DNA from: Candidatus Azotimanducaceae bacterium
GTDB taxonomy: Bacteria > Pseudomonadota > Gammaproteobacteria > Pseudomonadales > Azotimanducaceae
Reading direction: 5' to 3'
Assembly: GCA_047630175.1 (NCBI GenBank)
Contig: JBLHVI010000007.1
Location: forward strand, 253 to 64,252
Length of the DNA stretch: 64,000 nt
In this document: positions 11,613 to 21,822 of the stretch, in pieces
How positions within the stretch are numbered: position 1 is the stretch's first letter
Layout of the letters: each line of letters starts with the position of its first letter
Program-made: the position numbers and the translations under genes
The notes under the pieces: generated by a model
Told to the model about the DNA's origin: nothing
Databases searched by the model: none
What the model saw: the letters and a program-made list of their open reading frames with translations, nothing else

Positions 11613-12361
11613 AAGCTGAATTCTCTTTGAGATTTGTAATTTTTCGCGATATCTAACTCTTTCTCTGGCAGCTTCCAGCGGACGGCAATGCCATTCACGT
11701 AGCGCGTATCGATGCTCAAAACGTTATCCATTCGACTCTCGAGTCCGCCATCATCAAGCACTTTCAGGTAGCGCTGAATCCTCTCTGTAATATGTTCTTT
11801 CCCAAGCAAAACTTTGACCCCCGATGCGTCGGTGAACAGCCACGAACCCCGCTCATCAAGATTAAGCACTTCTATTTGCTGGCCAGACTTCAGCAGCGCA
11901 TTGTTGAGTTGCTGATACTGCTGCATGACCGCTCGCTCCTTCCCAACAGGTCCGTACAGCTGGGCTAGATCGCCACCATTTTGATGTCCCGAAATAAACA
12001 CCTTGCCTTCACGACTAACAAACGCATCATCATTCCAATACGCAACCGGTGTTTCATCGACAATTGAAATCACCAACTGATCAGGCCAACGGCGGCTGAC
12101 CTCTACATGATGAACCCAGTCAGCGGCTTCCAATAGTTGTTTGATTTCATCAATCCGCTGACTGCTGCCCTTGGCATCTATCAGTCGGTTATGAACGTTT
12201 TGACGCTGATCATCACTAAGATCTCCGATAATTGAAACCCGTGTCATCGCAAATTCTTGCCCGCTAATATTCACGAAGAGAGTCACTATCAAAAATAGCA
12301 AGGCGCCAATCGCGATAGTCCCGCGATGACATGCTATTTGTCTATGGATCAAAGAACTCAT
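11609..12361 (-). CDS. ftsQ: Cell division protein FtsQ
   Basis: A single N-terminal TM segment followed by POTRA and FtsQ domains, located upstream of ftsA. The ATG at 12361-12359 overlaps the murC TGA (ATGA). The ORF-track start is 12385. Confidence 0.85.
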   Translation of the reverse strand: MSSLIHRQIACHRGTIAIGALLFLIVTLFVNISGQEFAMTRVSIIGDLSDDQRQNVHNRLIDAKGSSQRIDEIKQLLEAADWVHHVEVSRRWPDQLVISIVDETPVAYWNDDAFVSREGKVFISGHQNGGDLAQLYGPVGKERAVMQQYQQLNNALLKSGQQIEVLNLDERGSWLFTDASGVKVLLGKEHITERIQRYLKVLDDGGLESRMDNVLSIDTRYVNGIAVRWKLPEKELDIAKNYKSQREFSL

Positions 12362-13815
12362 GACTTCACCCGCGCGTCTTGCCAATGCAGCGTCAAATTC
12401 TTCGCAAGCTGGGCGGTAGCACCAGCGCCTTGGGTCAATAAGAAGTCTCCTGCTCTGACTATCTCATCAAGTCTTGCAGGCACCTCATCAATATTTTCTA
12501 GATACTCGATCTCTACAAGTTTTTTGCGCTCTATTGCCTTGTAGAGATCCTCGCCCGTTGCACCAGGTATGACTGCTTCGCCAGCACTGTAAACATCCAG
12601 CAATAGCAAGTGATCTACGCTCGCCAACACATCGACAAATTGATCGAACAGCTCCAGTGTTCTTGAATAGCGATGAGGTTGATAAACCATTACCAGACGG
12701 CACATAGGCCAGCCTGCTCGAACCGCTTCTATGGTGGCTTTAACCTCCGTCGGATGATGCCCATAATCATCCACCAGCGTAAACTGACCATCGCCACGAG
12801 TATATTCACCATGCCGCTCGAAACGCCTTCCAACACCCTGAAACTTCGCTAGACCATTAATAATATGCTCATTGGCAACGCCTTCATCGCTCGCTATCGC
12901 AATCGCAGCAAGGGCATTCAAAACATTATGCCGACCCGGAAAATGTAACGTTATGGGCAGTGGCTGAGCATGACCCGCACGGATTACAGAGAACTTAGAT
13001 GTGCCATTTTCATGGAGCAAATCCTCAGCATGTACGTCAGCGGCAGGATCAAATCCGTAAGTAATAATAGAACGCTTAACTTGCGGCAGTAACGACTTTA
13101 CAACAGGGTCATCAATACAGGCCACAACCAGACCATAGAAAGGCAGGTTATGCATAAATTCGAGAAACGCAGCCTTTAGTTTGTCGAAGCTACCCTCGTA
13201 GTAACTTAGATGATCACGATCGACATTGGTCAGAACCGCAACCATAGGTTGTAGATGCAAGAACGAGGCATCACTTTCATCCGCTTCAGCCACCAGATAG
13301 CGACTCTTACCAAGTGCTGCATTAGACGCAGCACTATTAAGCAGACCGCCGATAATAAAAGTAGGGTCCAGGCCAGCTTCGCCGAGAATGGATGCTATCA
13401 GACTGGTAGTTGAGGTCTTACCGTGTGTGCCTGCAACGGCGATACCATGACGGTAGCGCATTAACTCACCCAACATTTCCGCCCGCCGAACCACTGGCAC
13501 CCGACGTTCGCCTGCCGCAACAACCTCAGGGTTTGTTGACTTAATGGCTGACGAAACGACCACGACGTCGGCATTCTCAACATTGGCCGCCAGATGCCCA
13601 ATGAACAACATCACGCCCAAATCTACCAGGCGCCTGGTTGTAGCCGATTCACTAATATCACTGCCAGATATCTCGTACCCTTGATTCAACAGGACCTCAG
13701 CAATACCACACATGCCGGCTCCACCAATACCAATAAAATGGATGCGTCGAATACGACGCATTTCTGGCACGTCCATCACGACCGTCATCTGACTTTCCGT
13801 ATTTTTAGGCGCCAC
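12358..13815 (-). CDS. murC: UDP-N-acetylmuramate--L-alanine ligase
   Basis: A 485-aa ORF with [24 protein letters not shown] and the Mur ligase P-loop GTHGKTSTT. Confidence 0.96.
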   Translation of the reverse strand: MAPKNTESQMTVVMDVPEMRRIRRIHFIGIGGAGMCGIAEVLLNQGYEISGSDISESATTRRLVDLGVMLFIGHLAANVENADVVVVSSAIKSTNPEVVAAGERRVPVVRRAEMLGELMRYRHGIAVAGTHGKTSTTSLIASILGEAGLDPTFIIGGLLNSAASNAALGKSRYLVAEADESDASFLHLQPMVAVLTNVDRDHLSYYEGSFDKLKAAFLEFMHNLPFYGLVVACIDDPVVKSLLPQVKRSIITYGFDPAADVHAEDLLHENGTSKFSVIRAGHAQPLPITLHFPGRHNVLNALAAIAIASDEGVANEHIINGLAKFQGVGRRFERHGEYTRGDGQFTLVDDYGHHPTEVKATIEAVRAGWPMCRLVMVYQPHRYSRTLELFDQFVDVLASVDHLLLLDVYSAGEAVIPGATGEDLYKAIERKKLVEIEYLENIDEVPARLDEIVRAGDFLLTQGAGATAQLAKNLTLHWQDARVKS

Positions 13816-14983
13816 GATGTTTCGCTCCGGGTGATGTCAACATTTCTGGATGCCGAGATTCGAAATCAATGCGTAGCAATATAGCGATCAGGACACAGCT
13901 AACTATTAAACTATTACCGCCGTAACTGACCAAGGGTAAGGTCAATCCTTTTGTCGGCAGCAAACCGATATTGACGCCAATATTAATTGCCGATTGAATA
14001 CCTAACAGCAATGCAATTCCGTACGCTAGATAAGAGTGAAAATCATAACCGCGAATGTGTGCTCGACGACCGATCATCAGCCCCTTTACGACTAGGCACA
14101 TGAAGGCAGCAATCACCGCGACAGCGCCGAATACGCCTAACTCTTCCGCTGTTATAGAAAATAGAAAATCTGTGTGGGCTTCAGGTAAGAAAAATAGCTT
14201 TTGAATACTATTGCCAAGGCCCAGACCGAACCACTCTCCACGGCCAAAAGCAATGAGCGCCTGAGTTAGCTGATAGCCACTACTAAATTGATGTGCCCAA
14301 GGGTCCGTAAAGGTCTGCAGCCGCTCCAGCCGATAGGGCTGCCACTGCGCTATAGCTGCAGTAGCGATAATGCACAGGGTAATCAGCGGCAAGAATCGCT
14401 TGAACGGTACGCCTGCAAGAAAGATAACCCCCATAACCGAAGCCATTATGACTACCGCTGCGCCAAAATCCGGTTGCTCCAACAAAAGCAACACCATAAG
14501 CGATACCAAAGCCATAGGTTTGACGAAACCCTGAATAGTCGTTTGCACTTCATCATGACGTCGCACCAGATAGCCACTGACATAAACAATCGCGAAGAGT
14601 TTGACAAATTCTGACCCCTGCAAGGTAAAAAATCCTAGAGAAATCCAACGCGTGCTACCATTTACTTTGTGACCAAGGCCTGGAATCAAGACCGCAATGA
14701 GTAACGCAAAGCTCGCGAGCAGCAACACTACGTCGAACTTTTGCCACAACCGAATCGGCGTCATCAGCGCCACCGTAGCTACACCCAAACTAATAACAAT
14801 ATAGACTAGATGCTTAATAAGCAGATAAGCAGAATTACCGTAAATTCGTGCTGCGATCTCAGATGACGCGGAGGCCACCATTATCAGGCCCAGTATCAAT
14901 AACAATAGTGTCGCTGTCGTTATCCACGGGTCTAACGGAAAGCCTCTAACAGGTTGTGTCTGTGCCCGCATTGCCATTGTCAC
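13805..14983 (-). CDS. ftsW: SEDS-family peptidoglycan glycosyltransferase FtsW
   Basis: A 392-aa polytopic membrane protein with SEDS motifs (PSEFVK-like [32 protein letters not shown]). Confidence 0.93.
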   Translation of the reverse strand: MTMAMRAQTQPVRGFPLDPWITTATLLLLILGLIMVASASSEIAARIYGNSAYLLIKHLVYIVISLGVATVALMTPIRLWQKFDVVLLLASFALLIAVLIPGLGHKVNGSTRWISLGFFTLQGSEFVKLFAIVYVSGYLVRRHDEVQTTIQGFVKPMALVSLMVLLLLEQPDFGAAVVIMASVMGVIFLAGVPFKRFLPLITLCIIATAAIAQWQPYRLERLQTFTDPWAHQFSSGYQLTQALIAFGRGEWFGLGLGNSIQKLFFLPEAHTDFLFSITAEELGVFGAVAVIAAFMCLVVKGLMIGRRAHIRGYDFHSYLAYGIALLLGIQSAINIGVNIGLLPTKGLTLPLVSYGGNSLIVSCVLIAILLRIDFESRHPEMLTSPGAKHRGA

Positions 14984-16293
14984 AGGAACGCCTCCCGCAC
15001 TAAGCGCTTAAACTCATCACCCCGATGTTCAAAATCTCTAAATTCATCAAAGCTAGCGCACGCCGGCGCAAATATGACCCGCCCATGATCGGGCAGGTTC
15101 TGTGCCAGCGTGCTGATCACTGCACTTAGGCTCGCCAATTGCTCGCAGGGAACTAAGCCATCAATGGCCGTAGCAATAAGATCAGCATCTTGACCGAAGA
15201 GATAAACTTGAGACACATGCCTCGCAACTACGTCGCGCAATAGCGTGAAATCAGCACCTTTGCTAACGCCCCCGAGTATGAGCACGAGGTCTCGCCCGTC
15301 TTCCGCTAATCCCTCTATCGCCGCGGCCGTTGCGCCAGTGTTCGTTGCCTTCGAGTCGTTAATGAATTCTACATCCCTAAAGCATCCGACCCACTCGCAT
15401 CGGTGGGGTAAGCCCGTGAAATCCCGCAATGTCGATAAACTGGATCTGCGCGTGACACCTAGCTGGTCAGCGATAGCAATTGCAACCAAAGCATTAAGGG
15501 CATTATGCCGACCCTTGATGTTTAGTTCGTCAACGGCGACGATTACGTGCGTTCCCTGCATTAAGCTCAAGCGCCCACCTATTTCAATCATTCCATAGTC
15601 GGCAGCGCCAGTAGGCGCATCATTTCCGAAACTCAACAGTTGGCTCGACGCATCAATGCCGTCGGGTGCACCAGACTGCCGATTAAGCAGTGCAGTAACT
15701 GCGCCTTGGTAGATTCGTTGTTTAGTCTGGTAATAGTCCTCGACAGAAGGATAACGATCTAGGTGATCCGGGGACAGATTGAGGACAACAGCAATGTGAA
15801 AGCCACCTGCCTCAATCACTTCTAGCTGATAACTCGATAGCTCCAGCACGAAAATATCGCACTCCTGATCAAGATCGAGACACGGCGTGCCGATATTTCC
15901 GCCAACGCCAACCCGCATACCCGCAGCAGCCAGTATTTCGCCCACCAGAGCCGTGACAGTGCTCTTACCATTTGAGCCAGTGATAGCAATCACTGGCTGC
16001 TTAACTTGTTCAAGAAAAATACTAACGTCACCGGTAACAGGTACACCTGCCAACCTAGCCTGTGCAATAGCTGGCGTTGATAACGGCACACCTGGGCTTA
16101 AGATAATTTCATCCGCCAGACACAGTGCAGCACCGTCTAATACTGAGACTGTCACTGCGGGCGCAATCTGCTGAAGTTCCAATATTCGCTCAGCAGTCGG
16201 ATTGCTATCCTGAACTGAAAACGCGATATGCTCGCGCGCGAAAAATCGCGCACAAGAAATACCCGTTTTACCCAGCCCAACAATCACTTTCAT
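14980..16293 (-). CDS. murD: UDP-N-acetylmuramoylalanine--D-glutamate ligase
   Basis: It has VIVGLGKTGIS and the P-loop GSNGKSTV. The ATG at 16293 is preceded by the purine-rich AAGGGAG. The ORF track extends the start to 16335, overlapping the murE stop. Confidence 0.94.
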   Translation of the reverse strand: MKVIVGLGKTGISCARFFAREHIAFSVQDSNPTAERILELQQIAPAVTVSVLDGAALCLADEIILSPGVPLSTPAIAQARLAGVPVTGDVSIFLEQVKQPVIAITGSNGKSTVTALVGEILAAAGMRVGVGGNIGTPCLDLDQECDIFVLELSSYQLEVIEAGGFHIAVVLNLSPDHLDRYPSVEDYYQTKQRIYQGAVTALLNRQSGAPDGIDASSQLLSFGNDAPTGAADYGMIEIGGRLSLMQGTHVIVAVDELNIKGRHNALNALVAIAIADQLGVTRRSSLSTLRDFTGLPHRCEWVGCFRDVEFINDSKATNTGATAAAIEGLAEDGRDLVLILGGVSKGADFTLLRDVVARHVSQVYLFGQDADLIATAIDGLVPCEQLASLSAVISTLAQNLPDHGRVIFAPACASFDEFRDFEHRGDEFKRLVREAFL

Positions 16294-16334
16294 TTTCTCC
16301 CTTTTTTGCTTTTTTTTAATGTCATCAGAGTTCA

Positions 16335-17837
16335 TTAGATGTCACTTTTAGAAACTACTTTTCCAAACGCCGAGGTTGTGTCTCGCTTGATTCGCAATGC
16401 TGATAGCACCTTTGCAACCTCTGCATAATCACTGAAAACAAGACGTTGGCCGCCGATCTCTTGATATTCTTCATGGCCTTTGCCAGCAATCAATACCATG
16501 TCATTGGATGCTGCAGACTGTAGCGCCAATGCAATCGCCTCGCGGCGGTTTGCCTCTACGACCAAGACTGCATCAATTTTTACACCACGTACGATATCGG
16601 CAATAATTGCGGCAGAAACTTCCGTTCTCGGATTGTCATCGGTAATGATTGTATGGTCGGCGTAGTCGGTCGCTATTCGCCCCATCTCTGGACGCTTACC
16701 CTTATCACGATCGCCACCACACCCGAACACGCACCATAATCGCCCCTCACAGTTCACTCGCAAAGTCTTAAGGGCTTTCTCCAACGCATCAGGTGTATGC
16801 GCATAATCAATAACAACCTGAGGTAAACCACGCTCGGAAATTGCATCCATTCGACCGCGGACATTCTGTAGGCTCGCGACGGCAATTAAAATATCCGGCA
16901 GCTCGTATCCCTGTAACCCAAGCACAGCAACAACAGCCAGCATATTACTCACATTAAATTCACCTAGCAGTGATGACCGCAGCGCACCCTGACCCCAAGG
17001 GGTGACGAACTCCGCTTCAAATCCATGATTGCTGTAGCTCACTTGCTCACAGAAAACATCTGCTGCGTTGTTAGTAATGGCATAACTGATTGGCCGCACG
17101 GTCGTAGGCAGTTCAGTCAATAACTGCCGACCAAACTCATCGTCAAGGTTGATCACGGCATCTTGCAAATCTGGCCAATGAAACAACCGACGTTTAGCAG
17201 CACAGTAGTCGGCGTAAGTTGGGTGATAATCAAGGTGGTCACGACTGATATTGGTAAACACCGCCAAATTGATAACGGTACCATTCAGTCGGTCCTGCAC
17301 TAAGCCGTGGGAAGACGCTTCGACAGCAACCGCATGCGCTTGCTTGCTGACCAACACCCCTAACATCCGCTGAAGCTCGAGAGCGCTAGGCGTTGTAAGC
17401 CCAGAATCCTGTAAAATCTCACCTGGAAAACCGAATCCCAAAGTACCTACGACGCCGCATTTTTTACCCAATAAAGTTAGAGCCTGAGCGATAAAATGAC
17501 TGCAAGAAGTTTTACCGTTAGTACCGGTAATACCGATGACGATCATTCGCGTAGAGGGCTCACCCCAGAATCGACTGGCAATAGGGCCTTTATGCGCGTG
17601 CAATGCAGCCATCTCGAACACCCTCGCATCACTGCTAACAAATGGCGCCTCACAAATAGCAGCTGTTGCAACCTGCATCACCTCGTCGACATGATCACGG
17701 GCATCGTATGAGCCCCCGGGCGTCGCAAGAAAGAGATCGCCGACTTTTACTTGCCGGCTATCATCACAGATGCCATCAATGACCATATCTGTTGTTAAGA
17801 CAAACTCGGGAATCAACTCACTGAGCATTTTAGTCAT
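16335..17837 (-). CDS. murE: UDP-N-acetylmuramoyl-L-alanyl-D-glutamate--2,6-diaminopimelate ligase
   Basis: A 500-aa ORF with GITGTNGKTS, GCGGDRDKGKRP and the DNPR motif characteristic of meso-DAP-adding MurE. Confidence 0.95.
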   Translation of the reverse strand: MTKMLSELIPEFVLTTDMVIDGICDDSRQVKVGDLFLATPGGSYDARDHVDEVMQVATAAICEAPFVSSDARVFEMAALHAHKGPIASRFWGEPSTRMIVIGITGTNGKTSCSHFIAQALTLLGKKCGVVGTLGFGFPGEILQDSGLTTPSALELQRMLGVLVSKQAHAVAVEASSHGLVQDRLNGTVINLAVFTNISRDHLDYHPTYADYCAAKRRLFHWPDLQDAVINLDDEFGRQLLTELPTTVRPISYAITNNAADVFCEQVSYSNHGFEAEFVTPWGQGALRSSLLGEFNVSNMLAVVAVLGLQGYELPDILIAVASLQNVRGRMDAISERGLPQVVIDYAHTPDALEKALKTLRVNCEGRLWCVFGCGGDRDKGKRPEMGRIATDYADHTIITDDNPRTEVSAAIIADIVRGVKIDAVLVVEANRREAIALALQSAASNDMVLIAGKGHEEYQEIGGQRLVFSDYAEVAKVLSALRIKRDTTSAFGKVVSKSDI

Positions 17838-19490
17838 CTACGCTGCCTCCCCGATATCATCAGGAGGAACATTCAGTAAGCGTAAAGCCGCAGCCATAAT
17901 TCTAGAAAAAACCGGTGCTGCGATGGCACCACCGCCATAACCCTTGCCTTTTGGATCGTTAATCATCACAACGCCTACCAAACGCGGATTTATTGCAGGT
18001 GTGATGCCTGCAAAAAACGCCATATGCCGTGTGTCTTCATAGCCATCTTCACCCACTTTTCTAACCGTGCCTGTCTTACCAGCGACCGAATAGGCCGCCA
18101 TCGAGGCCTTACTACCGGTACCGCCGGCCGTCACGCGCTGTAACATTCGCATTATGTCTGCAGCGATGCGTTTATCAAATACACGTTTGCCCTCGACCTT
18201 GGCATTGCTTATGAGTGACAACTGGCGCTTGATACCACCTGATGCAATCGTTAGATAAGCAGACGCAAGCTGTATTGGCGTCACCGTCAATCCATAGCCG
18301 TAGGCAAAGGTCACTCTCTCGATATCTTTCCAGCGTCGATGATTCGGCAAAAAACCGTTACGCTCACCCGGAAATCCAATATCTGTACTTTGGCCCATGC
18401 CAACGGCTGAGAACATCTCCCATACATCATACTCATTCATGCTCAGTGCCAGCTTGCTAATACCGACTTGGCTTGACTTCTCAATAATGCCACCTAAATC
18501 TAATACGCCATAATTAGCAGGATCTGGTATTGTCTTGGTACCGACTTTGATAAATCCCGGACTTGTATCGATAGTCGACTCACGGGTGTACTTACCCGAC
18601 TGCAGAGCTGCGGCTACCGTGAATGGCTTAACAGTTGAACCCGGCTCGAACACATCCGTTAGGGCGCGGTTACGAACAGCCGCTAGGTCAAGGCCCAAAC
18701 GATTATTCGGATTGTATGACGGCTGATTAACCAGAGCCAAGACTGCACCCGTGACAACGTCCAGTACCACCACCGAGCCCGAAGCTGCATTAAAATATTG
18801 AATTGCTGATTTAAGCTCCCTGTAGGCAAGATACTGCACCCGCAGATCGACGCTTAGCTCAAGATTCTTGCCCGGATCCGCTTCCGAGATCGGCTTGATA
18901 TCACGGACAATATCGCCATACAAATTCTTCAGAACTTTTTTGCGCCCGGGGGTTCCCTTCAGCCAGCTTTCATAGGCAAGCTCAACGCCTTCCTGACCCT
19001 TATCGTCAATATTAGTGAAACCCACGACATGCGCAGCAACTTCTCCAGCTGGGTAGTAGCGGTGATACTCGCGCTCTGCATAGACGCCAGGAATGTCATA
19101 CGCGAGAATTTTCTCAGCTACTGAAGGTGGTAAATGGCGACGTAAGTAAACAAACGTCTGGCCTGGGCTTTGGGATAGCCGGGCATTGAACTCAGCCGGG
19201 GGCACCTCCAACAGCAGCGCAAGCTGTTCCATGCCTTCGCCAGACCCAAGCAACTCGACAGGATTTGCCCACAACGAGACGACCGGTGAGCTAACCGCAA
19301 GCGGTTTGCCCTGACGGTCCTGAATCATCCCTCGATGGGCATTGATACGCTCCATGCGGATAGTTCTTGCGTCACCCTGATCCTGCAGAAAGTCTTTCTC
19401 AAAAACATGCAGAAAAACAACCCGACCCATCATTGATAGCGCCAGCGCCAAGAACGCGAAGATCACGAGATAAACTCGAAAGGTCATCAT
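17838..19490 (-). CDS. ftsI: Peptidoglycan D,D-transpeptidase FtsI (PBP3)
   Basis: A 550-aa ORF with an N-terminal TM segment and the transpeptidase motifs STVKP, SSQ(V) and KTGT. It lies between ftsL and murE. Confidence 0.94.
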   Translation of the reverse strand: MMTFRVYLVIFAFLALALSMMGRVVFLHVFEKDFLQDQGDARTIRMERINAHRGMIQDRQGKPLAVSSPVVSLWANPVELLGSGEGMEQLALLLEVPPAEFNARLSQSPGQTFVYLRRHLPPSVAEKILAYDIPGVYAEREYHRYYPAGEVAAHVVGFTNIDDKGQEGVELAYESWLKGTPGRKKVLKNLYGDIVRDIKPISEADPGKNLELSVDLRVQYLAYRELKSAIQYFNAASGSVVVLDVVTGAVLALVNQPSYNPNNRLGLDLAAVRNRALTDVFEPGSTVKPFTVAAALQSGKYTRESTIDTSPGFIKVGTKTIPDPANYGVLDLGGIIEKSSQVGISKLALSMNEYDVWEMFSAVGMGQSTDIGFPGERNGFLPNHRRWKDIERVTFAYGYGLTVTPIQLASAYLTIASGGIKRQLSLISNAKVEGKRVFDKRIAADIMRMLQRVTAGGTGSKASMAAYSVAGKTGTVRKVGEDGYEDTRHMAFFAGITPAINPRLVGVVMINDPKGKGYGGGAIAAPVFSRIMAAALRLLNVPPDDIGEAA

Positions 19491-19497
19491 AAGGCAG

Positions 19498-19809
19498 TCA
19501 CCGCGTCACCACGATCAGCGTTTCGGCCGTTGGCGCAAACATCATCAAATCATCACGTGCGACTTGGTCAATACGTGCGTAGTCTCCCCAAGCGCTTTGT
19601 TCAAGCAGAAGCATCTCGTACTCACTATCAAGATTGTCTTGAATAGCGCGCAATTCCTGCAGCTCTGAATATTGTTGACGAGTCACATGGACAGACTGAA
19701 TAACCGCCAGCGCCGAGGCAATACCGACTAAAACCAACAGCGTCGCACTTATCTGCGTCCAGCCCGTAAACCAGACGAAAACCTTGCCGACTAGCGTGTC
19801 ACGAATCAC
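19498..19809 (-). CDS. ftsL: Cell division protein FtsL
   Basis: A 103-aa bitopic protein (TM segment, then a leucine-zipper-like region) in the conserved slot between rsmH and ftsI. It has a 4-nt overlap with rsmH. Confidence 0.8.
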   Translation of the reverse strand: MIRDTLVGKVFVWFTGWTQISATLLVLVGIASALAVIQSVHVTRQQYSELQELRAIQDNLDSEYEMLLLEQSAWGDYARIDQVARDDLMMFAPTAETLIVVTR

Positions 19810-20774
19810 AGTAGTTTCTCCGCGATACGCATAATCGAACTTCTAGATCGTCTATTTCTCGACACTTCAGCTTCTGATGGCTTAATTGCCTTACCGATGA
19901 GCTTCAACGTTCGTCGAATTTCACTATCGCGAATGGGCAGACGATCCGGTAACTTTTGGCCCCGCGCTAAATCTCGCATGAAACGCTTAACGATGCGGTC
20001 TTCGAGAGAATGAAAGCTGATCACCACTAGCCGGCCACCGATAGCAAGGCTTTTGAATGCACTGTCCAGAGTCGTCTCTACATCACCCAACTCGTTATTG
20101 ATATAAATCCTGATAGCCTGAAATGAGCGTGTCGCCGGGTGCTTATGAAATTCGATTCGAGGCACCGCAGCATCAATGATGGCGACCAACTCATGGGTTG
20201 TGCTAATAACTTTCTCCACCCGAGAAACTAAGATCGCCTGAGCAATACGACGCGCAAAACGCTCTTCGCCATAATTTCGCAGTACATCAATAATTTCTTG
20301 CTCCTCGGCCTGCATCACCCAATCAGACGCTGTACGTCCTTGAGTCTGATCCATGCGCATATCCAAAGGGCCATTCCTGTCGAAACTGAATCCACGCGCC
20401 GCGTGGTTGATCTGCGGCGAAGATATTCCCAAGTCCAGCAGGACGCCGGTCAAAGGTGGTAACTCATGCTCTGCAACAAATTCTGCAAGGTCAGCAAATG
20501 ACCCGTGGCAAATGATAACCCGCGGGTCACTCGTATACTTTTGCCGGGCATCACTAATTGCTGCCATATCTTTGTCAATAACCAGCAGACGACCTTCACC
20601 GGAGAGCTGCTCCAGAATTAAGGCAGTATGTCCACCTCGGCCATAAGTACAGTCCACGTAGCACCCATCAAGGTCGGTCATCAACGCCGCAATCGCTTCA
20701 TCCCTGAGCACAGGAATATGAGCGTCAGGGTTAGCCGTTACGTCTTTTTTCGCGTCTTGTTCGGTCATTATCAT
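19806..20774 (-). CDS. rsmH: 16S rRNA (cytosine1402-N4)-methyltransferase
   Basis: A 322-aa ORF with HIPVL...DCTYGRGGH...DLGISSPQ and SFHSLEDRIVK motifs. Confidence 0.95.
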   Translation of the reverse strand: MIMTEQDAKKDVTANPDAHIPVLRDEAIAALMTDLDGCYVDCTYGRGGHTALILEQLSGEGRLLVIDKDMAAISDARQKYTSDPRVIICHGSFADLAEFVAEHELPPLTGVLLDLGISSPQINHAARGFSFDRNGPLDMRMDQTQGRTASDWVMQAEEQEIIDVLRNYGEERFARRIAQAILVSRVEKVISTTHELVAIIDAAVPRIEFHKHPATRSFQAIRIYINNELGDVETTLDSAFKSLAIGGRLVVISFHSLEDRIVKRFMRDLARGQKLPDRLPIRDSEIRRTLKLIGKAIKPSEAEVSRNRRSRSSIMRIAEKLL

Positions 20775-20780
20775 GTCCCG

Positions 20781-21233
20781 CTACAATGAGAGCGATTGCA
20801 ATTCAGACGGTATCTGCTGACTTGGCTGATCGTCCAGCCAGCTATCCCGCCGCTCGACCCAACGGTCTTCACTCCAAAGCTCAAGCTTTTTACCCTGCCC
20901 GAGAAGCACCGTCTTTTTATCAAGCTCCGCGTAGGCGCGTAACGGCGGGGTCAGCAGCAAACGTCCGCTACTGTCCAACGTAATGTCCGTGGCATGCCCA
21001 ATCAGCAATCGTTGAACCCGGCGTGTCATCGGGTCAAAACTTGACAAGGCACTCACTTGAGCCTCAATAACTTCCCAGGCTGGTCGCGGGTAAAGCAACA
21101 GGCAGCGTTCATCCGTGTCTATGGTGACAACCATTTCACCATTACATTGTTGCTCAAGCACCTCGCGATAGCGCGTTGGGATCGCGAGGCGACCCTTGGC
21201 ATCTATGTTGAGATTACTGACTCCCCGGAACAT
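20781..21233 (-). CDS. mraZ: Transcriptional regulator MraZ
   Basis: A 150-aa ORF with a duplicated SpoVT/AbrB-like module (MFRGVSNLNIDAKGRLAIPTRYR, then a second DSSGRLLL repeat). It is the first gene of the dcw cluster. Confidence 0.95.
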   Translation of the reverse strand: MFRGVSNLNIDAKGRLAIPTRYREVLEQQCNGEMVVTIDTDERCLLLYPRPAWEVIEAQVSALSSFDPMTRRVQRLLIGHATDITLDSSGRLLLTPPLRAYAELDKKTVLLGQGKKLELWSEDRWVERRDSWLDDQPSQQIPSELQSLSL

Positions 21234-21466
21234 GATATGACTGTTTTCCTTTTTGCTGACTTCACTGCCAGAAACTGGCGTTTATCGTCTTGCGATTGAT
21301 TTTTTATCACTAGGTGGCGTAGCAACCCTACAAAATGGCCTAGTGCACTTTACGAAGCATCTCCTCCATAGAGAACATAGTTGAACTTATTCAATAGCTT
21401 ACGATAGACCATAAGGGAAATCGTGGTTGTCTCGCTCCTGACCGTGTGCGTGAGATAGCGCCTTCT

Positions 21467-21491
21467 CCCACTAAACGACACAATTACCCAC
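21467..21491 (-). promoter_or_regulatory. Candidate MraZ operator: three pentamers GTGGG / GTGTC / GTGGG with exact 10-bp periodicity
   Basis: The minus strand reads GTGGGtaattGTGTCgtttaGTGGG (plus-strand cccac at 21467-21471, gacac at 21477-21481, cccac at 21487-21491). It lies immediately downstream of the predicted promoter. From memory, this architecture resembles the tandem GTGGG-type repeats bound by E. coli MraZ. Confidence 0.4.
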
Positions 21492-21506
21492 TTCTCCTAG
21501 CTGTAC

Positions 21507-21535
21507 ACAATAAGAACGTCAGGAATTGTTGTCAA
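21507..21535 (-). promoter_or_regulatory. Predicted sigma70 promoter of the mraZ/dcw operon (Pmra candidate)
   Basis: The minus strand has TTGACA (21535-21530), a 17-nt spacer and TATTGT (21512-21507). This is the best -35/-10 match in the 590-bp spacer upstream of mraZ and implies a 5' UTR of about 265 nt. Confidence 0.45.
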
Positions 21536-21822
21536 GCAGTGAAAGTTGGGATATGTCTATAAAACACAATGACTTACGGGAAGTTCTGGAAGTGCGGTGT
21601 CAAAACTGGAGATATAAAGTGGCAATACAGCAAGATAGCCACGTAACTTAATGTGAATTATTAAGTTACGTACTCATTAGATCTTTTTTGTATAAGAGAC
21701 TCGTTTTACATCGCGAAAAAACTACTGCCTTAGGGGACTCAATGGCTGTTGGTTCAACCGTTCAGTTCGACCACTACGGCTAGCTTGAGACTATAAACAC
21801 ACAATCAACAAAAGAAGGAGGA

